Origin: Chitinispirillaceae bacterium
Lineage (GTDB): Bacteria; Fibrobacterota; Chitinivibrionia; Chitinivibrionales; Chitinispirillaceae
Assembly (NCBI GenBank): GCA_016929595.1
Contig: JAFGIN010000044.1
Coordinates: forward strand, 14,269 to 78,268
DNA: 64,000 nucleotides
Direction: 5' to 3'
Position numbers and translations under genes: made by a program
In this document: positions 40,455 to 50,602 of the stretch, in pieces
How positions within the stretch are numbered: position 1 is the first letter of the stretch
Layout: the number at the start of each line of letters is the position of its first letter
Notes under the pieces: model-generated
Told to the model about the DNA's origin: nothing
Seen by the model: the letters and a program-made list of their open reading frames with translations, nothing else
The model's database searches: none

Positions 40455-41291
40455 ATGAGGATATTTATGAGTGAAATTTATTCCTATACCAACTACCGTT
40501 TATTTCTTAAAGATTTTTTTACTCTGAAAAAACAGGAAAAACCGCATTTTTCTTTTCAGATATTCGCGAATAAGGCCGGTTTCAAGGCACGTGATCACAT
40601 AATGCGGGTAATGAACGGACAGAGCAATCTCTCCTATGAAGGAAGTCTCAAACTTGCAAAGGCTATGGATCTCATAGAAAAGGAGAGTGAATATTTTACT
40701 AACCTGGTTCTTTTCAATCAGGCGAAGACCCACGATGAACAGTTATTCTATTATAATAAATTATCCCTTACATGCAAAGCAACACGCAAACAGAAACTTC
40801 GTGAAGAACAATTTGAATACTTTTCTGAATGGTACTATTCAGCATTGCGTTCATTCCTGCCGCTTTTTAATTTTAATAATAACTTTGCGATGATTGGAAA
40901 GTTTCTTGATCCGCCCGTCAGTGCACAGCAGGTCCGAAAAGCAATTGACCTGCTCACCGGGCTTGGATTGTTAAATGTTGATGAAAGTGGAAATTACAGG
41001 GTTCCATCATCTTCACTGACTGCAGGTGATGAAGTCGCTTCAGTGGCAATCAACAGCTTTCATCGCCAGAGTCTTGAACTGGCAATCCGTTCAATAAGTA
41101 AAACAGCATCAGTCGAGCGTGATATCTCCGGGGTAACGATGAGTATATCTCAAAAAGGATTTGAGAAAATTAAAAGTGAGATTCAGGCATTCAGAAAAAA
41201 AATTATCTCTATTGCGGAGAGTGATTCGGAAGAAGACCGGGTGGTCCAGTTTAACATGCAGCTGTTCCCTTTAACAAACAAAAAAAAATGA
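40455..41291 (+). CDS. Hypothetical cytoplasmic protein. Its N-terminal pattern is reminiscent of the Fibrobacter-type paralogous family (TIGR02147-like); this is an unverified recollection.
   Basis: It begins YTNYRLFLKDFFTLKKQEKPHFSFQIFANKAGF. A perfect 9+9 bp palindrome lies 55 bp upstream. Confidence 0.4.
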   Translation: MRIFMSEIYSYTNYRLFLKDFFTLKKQEKPHFSFQIFANKAGFKARDHIMRVMNGQSNLSYEGSLKLAKAMDLIEKESEYFTNLVLFNQAKTHDEQLFYYNKLSLTCKATRKQKLREEQFEYFSEWYYSALRSFLPLFNFNNNFAMIGKFLDPPVSAQQVRKAIDLLTGLGLLNVDESGNYRVPSSSLTAGDEVASVAINSFHRQSLELAIRSISKTASVERDISGVTMSISQKGFEKIKSEIQAFRKKIISIAESDSEEDRVVQFNMQLFPLTNKKK

Positions 41292-42259
41292 TGAAATTTC
41301 TCTCTTCAATCATCACCATCATTATTCTAATTCTCTCCTGCGACAGTGGCGATTACGCCGGTCCGACAACAGAACAGGGGAACCCGCAGATTATAGCTCT
41401 GGTTCTGGATTCCTTAAACAACCCTGTCCCAAACATTGCTGCAACCTTACTTGTAATACCACAGGCTGATACCTCGAATTGTTATGACAGTCTGATACCA
41501 CCCGGTAATGCCATTAAAGTTAACACATCAAAAAGTTCTCAGGAAGGTACATGTTTCTTTTCCAATCTTGCAGCAGGATCGTATCGGATCGTTGCAACCG
41601 ACAATGTGCGAAACATGTCAGTAACATCAGAGAATATTATTGTATCTGAAGACAATGATACCTCGATCCATGATACGCTGGTACTTCAGCAATCCGGCAG
41701 AATACAGGGAACAGTTATCCGCAATGTGGCAATGGCCAATCAAAACCTGGAAAACGGCTTTATACAAATAAGAATGCTGGAACTGGACCGTTTTATTGTC
41801 ACCGTGCCATCGGGAAATTATTCTTTTGACAGCCTTCCCTATGGCAGATACACTCTGTACTATTATGCAACGGATTATTATGTAGAACACGTGGAAAATA
41901 TCACTATTGTTCCGGGAAAAACAACAATTATCGACACTGTTGTACTGAAACGGTATAAAGATCAGCTTCTGGTTCCTCCAACTGATTTTCAGGCTCAGTA
42001 TGACACCGCAAACGGAGTAGTCATCCTTTCCTGGTCACCAGTTACCTTTCAGAACTTCAAGCACTATAAAATTGAACGACATTGTGATGAACAGGAAAAT
42101 CTGGAAAGAGCCTGGAAAACAACAGCTACCAGTTTTACGGATACTATAAGCACCGTGCCAGACAAGACTATTTTTTCCTATGTGGTATATACAGTTGATG
42201 CAACCTACGTCCGAAGCTCGAAAAATGCAGGCCCAATTCAGGTACAGATCAGCAGGTAG
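41288..42259 (+). CDS. Lipoprotein with CarboxypepD_reg-like and Fn3-like beta-sandwich domains.
   Basis: Lipobox LILSC, repeated GSYRIVATDN and GRYTLYYYATDYY motifs, and the Fn3-like stretch VVILSWSPVTFQNFKHYKIER. Confidence 0.55.
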   Translation: MMKFLSSIITIIILILSCDSGDYAGPTTEQGNPQIIALVLDSLNNPVPNIAATLLVIPQADTSNCYDSLIPPGNAIKVNTSKSSQEGTCFFSNLAAGSYRIVATDNVRNMSVTSENIIVSEDNDTSIHDTLVLQQSGRIQGTVIRNVAMANQNLENGFIQIRMLELDRFIVTVPSGNYSFDSLPYGRYTLYYYATDYYVEHVENITIVPGKTTIIDTVVLKRYKDQLLVPPTDFQAQYDTANGVVILSWSPVTFQNFKHYKIERHCDEQENLERAWKTTATSFTDTISTVPDKTIFSYVVYTVDATYVRSSKNAGPIQVQISR

Positions 42260-42282
42260 TTCTGGTCGTACAAGATACGTGC

Positions 42283-42762
42283 TTACCGTCTCTTGAACGC
42301 CAGATTCTTTTCAGCAACGATTACAAGCCTCTCCAGAATTTTCTGAACGGCCGGACATATATCGGCATTTTTAATTGACAAGTCAATCAACTGATGAAAC
42401 CGTCGTCTGTCGGTATGAGGATACTCGCGGCATGCTGTCGGACGATCATCATATACCTCGCAGCAGTTATCAGATGATAAAAACGGACAGGGTACAGATT
42501 TGAATACATAATCCTTATCTTTATCAATTTTCAGATATTTTTCACAGAAACCATCAAGACTCATTTTTAATGCACGAGCCAGCCGTATAAGATCATGCTG
42601 ATAGATAATCGGACTGATTTTTTTACAGCATTGTGCACATTTCTGACAGTCTGTCTCAGCAAAGATTTCTTCGTGTATCTCCTGAACCATAATATCCAGT
42701 TTTTCGGGCGGTCTTTTCTTTATATCTCTAAGAATTTTTATAGTGTACTGATTTAGTGGCAT
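42283..42762 (-). CDS. YkgJ/UPF0153 family Cys-cluster (CxxCxxCC) protein.
   Basis: The CQKCAQCCKKISP motif plus further conserved Cys residues. Confidence 0.65.
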   Translation of the reverse strand: MPLNQYTIKILRDIKKRPPEKLDIMVQEIHEEIFAETDCQKCAQCCKKISPIIYQHDLIRLARALKMSLDGFCEKYLKIDKDKDYVFKSVPCPFLSSDNCCEVYDDRPTACREYPHTDRRRFHQLIDLSIKNADICPAVQKILERLVIVAEKNLAFKRR

Positions 42763-42922
42763 ATAGCATCCTGAACATTTTAAAATGTAAGCACCATTCT
42801 TATCTGATACCGCATAGTAGCAGCTACTCGTCCATATAATTCAGGTAAATATACGATATAAACAACAAAAAAGGGTGAGATTTGATTCTCACCCGATGTT
42901 CAGGATATACTGCCACTTTTGT

Positions 42923-43510
42923 TTAAAAAACTTTTTTATGCAATGTTTTTTTTCTGAATGATACTACAGACAGAGCCAGTAAACCACTGCTCAGAAGCAT
43001 GACCATTGATGCTTCAGGGACATTGGCAGTTCCATTCTTTGTTGTAAAATCAATAAAACCACCATTGATATCACCAAACAAACCATCTTTCAACGCAATT
43101 TCACTAATGCCTTCAGCGATACCTTTAAAAGTAACAGTTGCCAGATTGAATGCATCTGATTGAAAACTCAAATCGTCTATGAGTGAAAGGTTTGCAATAT
43201 TTACAATTCCAGGAAGAGCATTGTCACTTACATCCACAGCATCACCAGATACAAGATTACCGAGCTGATCAGTAAGTTTATAGCTGTAAAATTCAAGCAG
43301 TGAATTGTCATATGACAGATTAACATCAAAAGTACTCAGATCTTCATTTTCTACCAGACCCGAAATCATAATATTCACATCAAACATTGATCCGATAGCA
43401 ACATTCTGCCTCTCCGGACTTACACTGATCAAAGCCGGAAATGCCTGACTGATTATCAATGCAAGCCCTGCTATAACGCCTTTAATTCCGCACGATTTAA
43501 TTTTTGTCAT
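42923..43510 (-). CDS. Small surface protein carrying a cohesin-like domain and a PEP-CTERM-like C-terminal sorting tail.
   Basis: Signal peptide, then cohesin-like motifs (VAIGSMFDVNIMISGL...FDVNLSYDNSLLEF). The C-terminus is VPEAS, then a hydrophobic helix (MVMLLSSGLLALSVVSF), then RKK. Confidence 0.5.
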   Translation of the reverse strand: MTKIKSCGIKGVIAGLALIISQAFPALISVSPERQNVAIGSMFDVNIMISGLVENEDLSTFDVNLSYDNSLLEFYSYKLTDQLGNLVSGDAVDVSDNALPGIVNIANLSLIDDLSFQSDAFNLATVTFKGIAEGISEIALKDGLFGDINGGFIDFTTKNGTANVPEASMVMLLSSGLLALSVVSFRKKTLHKKVF

Positions 43511-43652
43511 GATCTTCCTTTCAATAAATTTTTTGTTTACTTTTTGTTATTCCGGTAATAGTATATTACTCACATTTTGTTCATCATTGCCATCAGGTCG
43601 ATTCCTGTACAGCCACTTCTCCAAACCATCCTGAACATTTTTTCTTGAAATC

Positions 43653-43794
43653 ATTAATTACCTGAGCCAATTGCAAAAGTCGAACTCGCCCCCAAAATCC
43701 CCCCAGGGGACTTTTAGAAAAAACAATGTTTTACAAGTCCCCCATCGGGGGGAGTCAGGGGCGTATTTGCAATTACCTGAGCAATGTAATAATT
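43653..43794. repeat. Composite palindromic intergenic element. It has two short G/C hairpins (tccccccagggga, tcccccatcgggggga), an AT-rich near-palindromic centre, and flanking direct repeats aattacctgagc (43656 and 43771) with inverted aattgcaaa/tttgcaatt. Read on the minus strand, the first G/C hairpin is followed by TTTT, making it a likely rho-independent terminator for the dockerin-phosphoesterase gene.
   Basis: Direct inspection of 43653-43794. The element lies between the stop of the minus-strand gene 43807-45549 and the start of the minus-strand gene ending at 43510. Confidence 0.5.
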
Positions 43795-43806
43795 TCGACC
43801 CCGACA

Positions 43807-45549
43807 TTATCTATTCTTTATAAGAACAAGTTTTCTTGCATCGAGGACCGTGATTTTCCCATCATTGTCAAGGTCAGCAGATGGTTTGACATCGGCAGGT
43901 TTATTTTTAAGAGAAGTAATTACTGCAATGTCAGCATTATCAACATCGCCATCACCATCCTGATCACCATCACTACTGGATTTAACAGCGAATTCACCCC
44001 CGTGGTTAACAACAGCCCACACAATCTTCTTTTCCGTGTCGATACCGTAAGTCCCGATACCAAAGGATGATTTGCAGGGACCAACAACGAATTTCGGTTC
44101 ACTGCTGAAATTCAGACTGGTAGCACCAACCCAGTTACCATTTCCATCTTTGGTGACAAGTGACAGCGGACCGGATAATTCACCTTTATATGAGAGTGAA
44201 AGTGTGTAAATGTCGCTTTCATCACTGCCAAGATTATTCGCCATACCCCATAATGTGAGTACATCACTTTTAAGATCACTTGCAGCATCACTCTTTGATT
44301 GCCATCCAGTAGTAATATTCTGTACGAGACTTCTGCCATCATAAAGAGCTGGAGAGATAATGTTCTCACCGTTTATAATCGACGCTTTCGTATTTTCGGA
44401 TCCGCTTAATTTACAGGTGTCTGAAACAACGGTCAAAGTATTACCGGCAGTTACAACGTATTCTTTACCATTCAGACTATATCCGAACGTTTCTCTTTTC
44501 TGGAAAGAAAGAACAGGTGTGACGTTGAGATTGCAATCAACCTCAGATCCCCATTCACCGCCGCACCCATTCAGAGATGAATAATAATCACAGGTAATCC
44601 GGGCACCGTCGACCGTAAAGATATAATAACCGACGGTGTACAATTCCTGCGCAAGCGGCAGTTCACGGGGTGAATTACCGGAATAACGCTGATCAGCAGA
44701 TGGAATTACAGGTGTATAAAACTTGTAACTGTTTGAAGCACCTATCAATTGCTTGATTGTATAATTCCTGTCCGGACTATAGACAATGGAACGATGGTGC
44801 ATATGATCATGGCCACCGAAATAATACCGGACACCATTATCGCTGAGTGCTTTGAAAAATTGATTTTGAGCCGAGATGTTACTTGACATATTGGAACCAA
44901 AGAGGACATCAAAATGATTTTGACCTATAATATTTTTATGGGCCATAACAAAGGCATGGGTATTTGCATCCCTGGAACCAAGAACATCATTAACCCACCC
45001 GATCTGATCGATCATGTTGTTATTAGTCAATCCGGAGTTATCTTTTCTTGTAAACTGATCAAGTAACACGAATCGAACATTATTGTAGTCAAACGAGTAA
45101 CTGAGACATTCAAGATTCATAGATGCGCTCTGGAAATTACTTGCGCCGAAAGTATTTATGTAACCACAAGCCTGTGGGAAAGAAGTGGAGAAGTAAATTG
45201 CAGCACTCGAGGAGGATTCATGGTTTCCCCGGAGTGGAAAAAATCCAATACCTGCATCGATGAGTTCCTGCGCTCCCTGAGCGCGTGTATCAAAAGCCGG
45301 TGAGCTATACCTGTCAACAAGATCCCCTACCTGCAATACCATTTTCACATCATGCCTGATAAATTCAGCGTTAAGCTGCCTGATAATTCCCGCTGCAACT
45401 GTGTTGGGATTTTCCCCATCAATATTACTTTTCCACTGTGTATCGCTCATCAGACCGAATTTCCATGATTCCGCAGATACTACCGCTGTTGCCATAAACA
45501 ATGCCCCGATACCCAGGGCGACCGCTTTGGCTTTCCTGAATTTGACCAT
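43807..45549 (-). CDS. Secreted calcineurin-like metallophosphoesterase with a C-terminal type-I dockerin module.
   Basis: Metallophosphoesterase motifs (GDLVDRYS, LRGNHES, GGHDHMHHRS). Two dockerin Ca-binding repeats (DGDGDVDNADIAVI and DLDNDGKITVLDARKLVLI). Confidence 0.7.
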   Translation of the reverse strand: MVKFRKAKAVALGIGALFMATAVVSAESWKFGLMSDTQWKSNIDGENPNTVAAGIIRQLNAEFIRHDVKMVLQVGDLVDRYSSPAFDTRAQGAQELIDAGIGFFPLRGNHESSSSAAIYFSTSFPQACGYINTFGASNFQSASMNLECLSYSFDYNNVRFVLLDQFTRKDNSGLTNNNMIDQIGWVNDVLGSRDANTHAFVMAHKNIIGQNHFDVLFGSNMSSNISAQNQFFKALSDNGVRYYFGGHDHMHHRSIVYSPDRNYTIKQLIGASNSYKFYTPVIPSADQRYSGNSPRELPLAQELYTVGYYIFTVDGARITCDYYSSLNGCGGEWGSEVDCNLNVTPVLSFQKRETFGYSLNGKEYVVTAGNTLTVVSDTCKLSGSENTKASIINGENIISPALYDGRSLVQNITTGWQSKSDAASDLKSDVLTLWGMANNLGSDESDIYTLSLSYKGELSGPLSLVTKDGNGNWVGATSLNFSSEPKFVVGPCKSSFGIGTYGIDTEKKIVWAVVNHGGEFAVKSSSDGDQDGDGDVDNADIAVITSLKNKPADVKPSADLDNDGKITVLDARKLVLIKNR

Positions 45550-45834
45550 ACTGCTACCTCCTTATGTAAGGTTAAAAAGAAGAAGAACATTTGCTGGTGT
45601 TTGACGTATGTTCAGTTCATTTTCTGAAAAACAATTACTGTCATAAAAATTGCCTCAATACATTAGGATGTAATTAGCATTATGTTAATTTTACATTACA
45701 AGATTACACCATTCATTCCGCAACTCCGCACAACTCTTAACACACCTCTTACATATTCCTAACAACATACTAATAAACAGCATCAATTTTCTTAATTAGC
45801 ATGTTTTGAACTTAAACGAATGTGATTATACAAT

Positions 45835-47709
45835 ATGGTTCACGGATTCCTTAAACAGATGACCTCTTCAGAATCGAATTCCAAATTCCAGATCCCAGCA
45901 TTCTTCATTGGTGGTTTTTTTCTTCTCAACTCATATATAGCAGGTTTTTTCTTTCCTGAAAAAGAAGTATCAGAAATTTCAGCGATACTTTCATCACTTA
46001 TCTTCGGACTACCTCTTGTCTATAATGCATTAAAAGATCTCTTTACAGGCCAGGTAGAGATGAATGAGCTTGCAGCCCTTAGTTTCACAGCATCGTTCTG
46101 TACAGCCAATTATAAAGCGGCTTCAGTTATCGCGTTTTTCATGATTATCTCCCACCTTATCGAACAGAGAACAGAATGTAATGCACGAAAAAATATTGAA
46201 GCACTTATGAGACTGACACCATCAAAAGCTCAGGTACTTATTGACGGTACCATTATTGAACGTGATGCGAATACAATCAAAAACGGTGATATTGTCCAGG
46301 TACTCCCTGGCGACCGTATCCCCGGTGACGGTAAAGTCATTGAAGGAATCAGTACTATTGACGAATCTGCAATAACCGGAGAATCGTTACCTGTTGAAAA
46401 AGGCGGAGATGCTTCAGTGTATAGTGGTACTGTCAATCTTTCCGGTCGTCTGGTTATCAAAATCACTTCTGGTTCGGGCGAAACAATATTGTCGAAGATT
46501 AAAGACCTGATCAAACAGGCCGAGAAAAGCCGGACCCCGGTTATGAAAATCATAAATCGCTACGCATCCTGGTATACACCATCCATCCTGATGCTTTCCG
46601 GTATAGTTCTCTTTTTTACAAGAGATATTCAACGGGCAATATCAATGCTGATATTATCATGCCCCTGTACAGTAATACTATCCGGTCCTGTAGCACTTGT
46701 AACAGCACTTGGCGCAGCTGCAAGATCAGGAGTCATTTTCAGAGATGTTTCGATTCTTGAGATTGTTCAAAAAGTCACTACCATTATTTTCGATAAAACA
46801 GGCACACTTACTTATGGAAATCTTCTTGTATCCACAATAAAAGTATTTAATGAAACCAATTCACACACGCTTCTTTACTATGCCGGATCTCTTGAACAAT
46901 ACTCCCATCACCCCGCTGCAAAAGCGATAATAAAAGAGTGTATACGGTGTAATATTACCCTGTCCGGATCTGCTGACTTCTGTGAAACTGCAGGAATGGG
47001 AGTCCGTGGTACAGTTGAGGGAAAATGTATCTCTGTCGGACGTATGGAATGGATTCAAAAGCAATGTACGCCGGGAACAATATCTGAAATTTCTCATGAT
47101 AGTTATGGGACCAGTCTATATATTCTTGTAAATGGAGAACATTGCGGTACAATTCTTTTGTCAGATGTTGTTAAATCTGATGCCCATACAACAATCGAAT
47201 CGCTTCGAAAACTCCCGATAGCAAACATCCTCATGTTTACCGGTGATAAAGCTTTTGTTGCAGAACATATCGCACGGCAATTAGGGTGCGCATTTGAAGC
47301 TGAAATGCTTCCCGATCAAAAGATGATGAGAATCAGGGATGCAAAATCATCTGGTGAAATTGTAGCGATGATCGGTGATGGTGTCAATGATGCGCCGGCA
47401 GTGGCTGCGGGTGATGTATCTATTGCAATGGGAGGAATCGGTAGTGAAGTAGCTATCCATTCAGCTTCGATAGTCCTCATGAATGATAAGCTTGACCGTA
47501 TCCCCTTCATTTTCCGACTTTCCAGAGTGACCGTTTCAATCATTCGCCAGAACATCATGTTCAGTATATTATTTATCATTGTAATGATGGCCTCAAGCGC
47601 ATCAGGAGTTATATCACCAGTCCTTGCGGCAATTCTTCACTCATTAAGCACCGTCCTCGTTGTTCTCAATTCTGCTCGCCTTCTCAGAGAAAGTGAACAA
47701 ACAGTATGA
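45835..47709 (+). CDS. P1B-type heavy-metal P-type ATPase with a probable Cu(I)-type TM signature and no N-terminal HMA metal-binding domain.
   Basis: DKTGTLT, GDGVNDAPA, a CPC motif in TM6 (SCPCTVILSGP), and the TM8 MxxSS-type motif (MMASSASG...VLNSARLL). Confidence 0.8.
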   Translation: MVHGFLKQMTSSESNSKFQIPAFFIGGFFLLNSYIAGFFFPEKEVSEISAILSSLIFGLPLVYNALKDLFTGQVEMNELAALSFTASFCTANYKAASVIAFFMIISHLIEQRTECNARKNIEALMRLTPSKAQVLIDGTIIERDANTIKNGDIVQVLPGDRIPGDGKVIEGISTIDESAITGESLPVEKGGDASVYSGTVNLSGRLVIKITSGSGETILSKIKDLIKQAEKSRTPVMKIINRYASWYTPSILMLSGIVLFFTRDIQRAISMLILSCPCTVILSGPVALVTALGAAARSGVIFRDVSILEIVQKVTTIIFDKTGTLTYGNLLVSTIKVFNETNSHTLLYYAGSLEQYSHHPAAKAIIKECIRCNITLSGSADFCETAGMGVRGTVEGKCISVGRMEWIQKQCTPGTISEISHDSYGTSLYILVNGEHCGTILLSDVVKSDAHTTIESLRKLPIANILMFTGDKAFVAEHIARQLGCAFEAEMLPDQKMMRIRDAKSSGEIVAMIGDGVNDAPAVAAGDVSIAMGGIGSEVAIHSASIVLMNDKLDRIPFIFRLSRVTVSIIRQNIMFSILFIIVMMASSASGVISPVLAAILHSLSTVLVVLNSARLLRESEQTV

Positions 47710-49658
47710 AACCAGAAAACATGAAAAAATTTGAGTCCATCACTATGGCAGGTCTGTTTCTCCAGTTACTATTTGCAGCTATATCAACAACTATTACACT
47801 TTTCTGGAACTATCCTGCACTACAACATCTGATGTGGCACTCGATAGCACCGCTTGGAATATGGGTTGTTAATCTGATCACTGTCAGTAGCAGAAATAGT
47901 GATACCTGCACAGCTGGTAATAGCTTTAAATCACTTATTATTAAACTATTGTATCGTTATGGTTCTACCGTTTCCGGCCTGTTTATGATTACTTTTTTTC
48001 TACTGAGTTTTACAAACATACTACCGTCTTTAAAACCCGATACCAGTGTTGTAAAAGGCATTCCAGCTCATCTTCCACTTATACTCTTTTCAGTTGTATC
48101 CTTTTCCGGTATTCTTATTTCCATTTACTACATAAAGATTTCAGCACTTGAACCCTGGAAGCACCTCCAGGGCGTCGCTCAGTATCTCGCCTCAACAACA
48201 CTCTTTTTTTTGATTCTTTTGATCAATTCATTGTTTAAATATTCTGGTTTCATATCTATTGACAATCACATTACCGTATTTCTCAAATCAATAAATGCCA
48301 TTCTGGCAGCAGAATTACTTATTATCTTTCTATCCTCCTTTTTTAAACCACCGTCATCTGCAAACAGGCAACGCTCCTTTTACCATTCTTATATATTGGA
48401 AGTCGTGCTGTACCCACAAAAGACCACCCAAACAATAAGACTGTTATTGATAAATTTATCAGGGTTCGATATAACAGCTCACGCATTTTCAAAACAGATA
48501 CAATCTGTTATTTTACCCTTGTTAGCAGCATCAGGTATATTCATGTTTCTTCTCAGTTCGTTTGTTATTATCCGGCCGGAGGAGAAAGGGATACTGTTTA
48601 CTCTTGGTAGACCAGACCCACACACCCTTGCTCCTGGTATTCATCTCAAACCCCCATTTCCTTTTGGGAAAGTAAGAAAATTCGATGTATTTCTTATACG
48701 GCAAATGCATGTCGGTTCCCACAAGCCACAGATTATGGGAGGAACAGTGTTTAAAGAGGGTGTCCCTCTTCTCTGGACGACCAACCATGGCTTGAGCAAC
48801 GACGAACATCTTATTGTTGCATCACCCAGAAAACTTATGCAAAATGCAGTTGAAAGTGGTGGAAAGGTCGATGTATCAAATAATAAAACCCCCTCAGTTT
48901 CACTTGCAGGTGCAGATATCGTTCTGGAATATACAATTAATAATATAACAGATTTTTCCATGGCAGGCATAGATACAGAAAAGATGCTTTACTTATTCTC
49001 GGAAGCATCAGTATCGCACCATTTGCTCTCATTCGATATTGACACACTATTCTCTGATGCTCGTATTGGAATGGCTCAGGAGCTTAAGGCCAGGCTCCAG
49101 TCAAAAATCAGTAATCACCATTTGGGTATTAAGATACTCAATGTCAGTATAACAGCAGTTCATCCGCCAACTGAGATCGCTGATGTTTTCGAAGAAAATG
49201 TTACAGCAATGCAGGAACGTGAGACTAAATTTCAACAGGCACAGCAAAGTTCTCTACGCACACAAGTCGAAGCTGCAGGCTCGGTTGCAGCATTTAAAGA
49301 ACTTGCCGATCAAATTAACATTGAAGAACGTTTTTCCTCAGCTGAGAACATACAATCAGAACTGATGATTTTGAAATGTGGTGGTACTATTTCCACAATA
49401 ATCTCAGATGCAACAGGATATCGCTGGAGCAGAGAAAATATTGAAGGTGGAAAGGCAGAAAAATTCACTGAAGAACTCAAACTATTTGAAATTTCAAAAA
49501 ACATTTATTCTCACGAACGATATTTTTCAATTCTTGAAGAGGCGTTAGCATCGAAAAATAAGATCCTCGTTTCACAACGACACAAAAATCTTATTGTTGA
49601 ACTTGGATCAACAAACAGACTGATACCAGATAATATACTGAGAGGTTCGAACCAATAA
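47706..49658 (+). CDS. Large membrane protein comprising an N-terminal polytopic domain and an SPFH/band-7 domain.
   Basis: ATGA overlap with the ATPase stop. About 7 TM helices, then IIRPEEKGILFTLGRPDPHTLAPGIHLKPPFPFGKVRKFDV, which is an HflK/C-type SPFH core. Confidence 0.65.
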   Translation: MKPENMKKFESITMAGLFLQLLFAAISTTITLFWNYPALQHLMWHSIAPLGIWVVNLITVSSRNSDTCTAGNSFKSLIIKLLYRYGSTVSGLFMITFFLLSFTNILPSLKPDTSVVKGIPAHLPLILFSVVSFSGILISIYYIKISALEPWKHLQGVAQYLASTTLFFLILLINSLFKYSGFISIDNHITVFLKSINAILAAELLIIFLSSFFKPPSSANRQRSFYHSYILEVVLYPQKTTQTIRLLLINLSGFDITAHAFSKQIQSVILPLLAASGIFMFLLSSFVIIRPEEKGILFTLGRPDPHTLAPGIHLKPPFPFGKVRKFDVFLIRQMHVGSHKPQIMGGTVFKEGVPLLWTTNHGLSNDEHLIVASPRKLMQNAVESGGKVDVSNNKTPSVSLAGADIVLEYTINNITDFSMAGIDTEKMLYLFSEASVSHHLLSFDIDTLFSDARIGMAQELKARLQSKISNHHLGIKILNVSITAVHPPTEIADVFEENVTAMQERETKFQQAQQSSLRTQVEAAGSVAAFKELADQINIEERFSSAENIQSELMILKCGGTISTIISDATGYRWSRENIEGGKAEKFTEELKLFEISKNIYSHERYFSILEEALASKNKILVSQRHKNLIVELGSTNRLIPDNILRGSNQ

Positions 49659-49694
49659 TCCAGACCGCTCTTACTTAACTTAAGGGACATACTT

Positions 49695-50602
49695 ATGAAA
49701 ATGAAACATTTGAGTGCATTTGCAGCTGGCTGCATACTTCTACTACTATTCATTGCATACCTTACAACCTATATTGTCAATTATGATGAGATTGCCGTTG
49801 TAACTACCTTTGGAGCTGCAGATTCGCGTTCTGTAAAAAACATCGATGGTAATCAGTCTGGTATTTTTTTCCGGTTACCGTGGCCTTTTCAGGATATCAT
49901 TCGTTTCGACAGGCGGATCTCTGTAATTGAAGACCGCCTCGAACAGCAGGAGACGATAAGCAGGTTGTTATACTAAAAGCATTTCTCACCTGGAAAATCA
50001 AGGATCCATTAAGCTTTTTCCGGATGTTCCGTACAACCAGCCGGGCAACAGCATTCCTTCTGGAACGCCTTCGGGCTTCAAAAGCTGAAATCGGAGCTTT
50101 TACTTTCAATGATTTGACCAATGTTAATCCCGATCTGGTCAGACTTGATGATGTTAACAATGCGCTTTTAAACAGGATTCAAAGTGAACTTGAAACTTAT
50201 GAAACTGGTATTGAAGTGTTGTCAGTTGGTATCAACAGGATTTTGCTTCCAGAAAATATTACACGGTCGGTTTTTCAAAGAATGAAACAAACCCGGCAGC
50301 GTCAGGCACAAAACGCCCGATCTGAGGGTAATGCTATTGCTCAGAGTATCATTGCAAAAACAGATAGTGATAAGAAGCGAATAATGGCCTTTACTGAAAG
50401 GATGTCCCAACGATTAAGGGCTGAGGGAGATGCAGCTGCGGCGCGATACTATAAGGAATATTCAAAAAGTGCAGAGTTTGCAATTTTTTTAAGAAAACTC
50501 GATGCATTCAAATTAAGTTTACGTGAGAATACCACATTTATTCTTGATACGAAATCCGAGCCCTTCGATCTATTGGAGAACACAAAACAGCAGGAAAAAT
50601 GA
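49695..50602 (+). pseudogene. HflC-like SPFH-domain gene interrupted by a frameshift (ORF 49695-49976 continues in another frame as 50024-50602; the frame switch maps to about 49930-49975).
   Basis: The N-terminal TM plus IAVVTTFGA...LPWPFQDIIRFDRR is in frame 0. QVVILKAFLTWKIKDP and the rest of the SPFH/coiled-coil domain are in the +2 frame, and that reading frame stays open from 49931. Confidence 0.55.
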
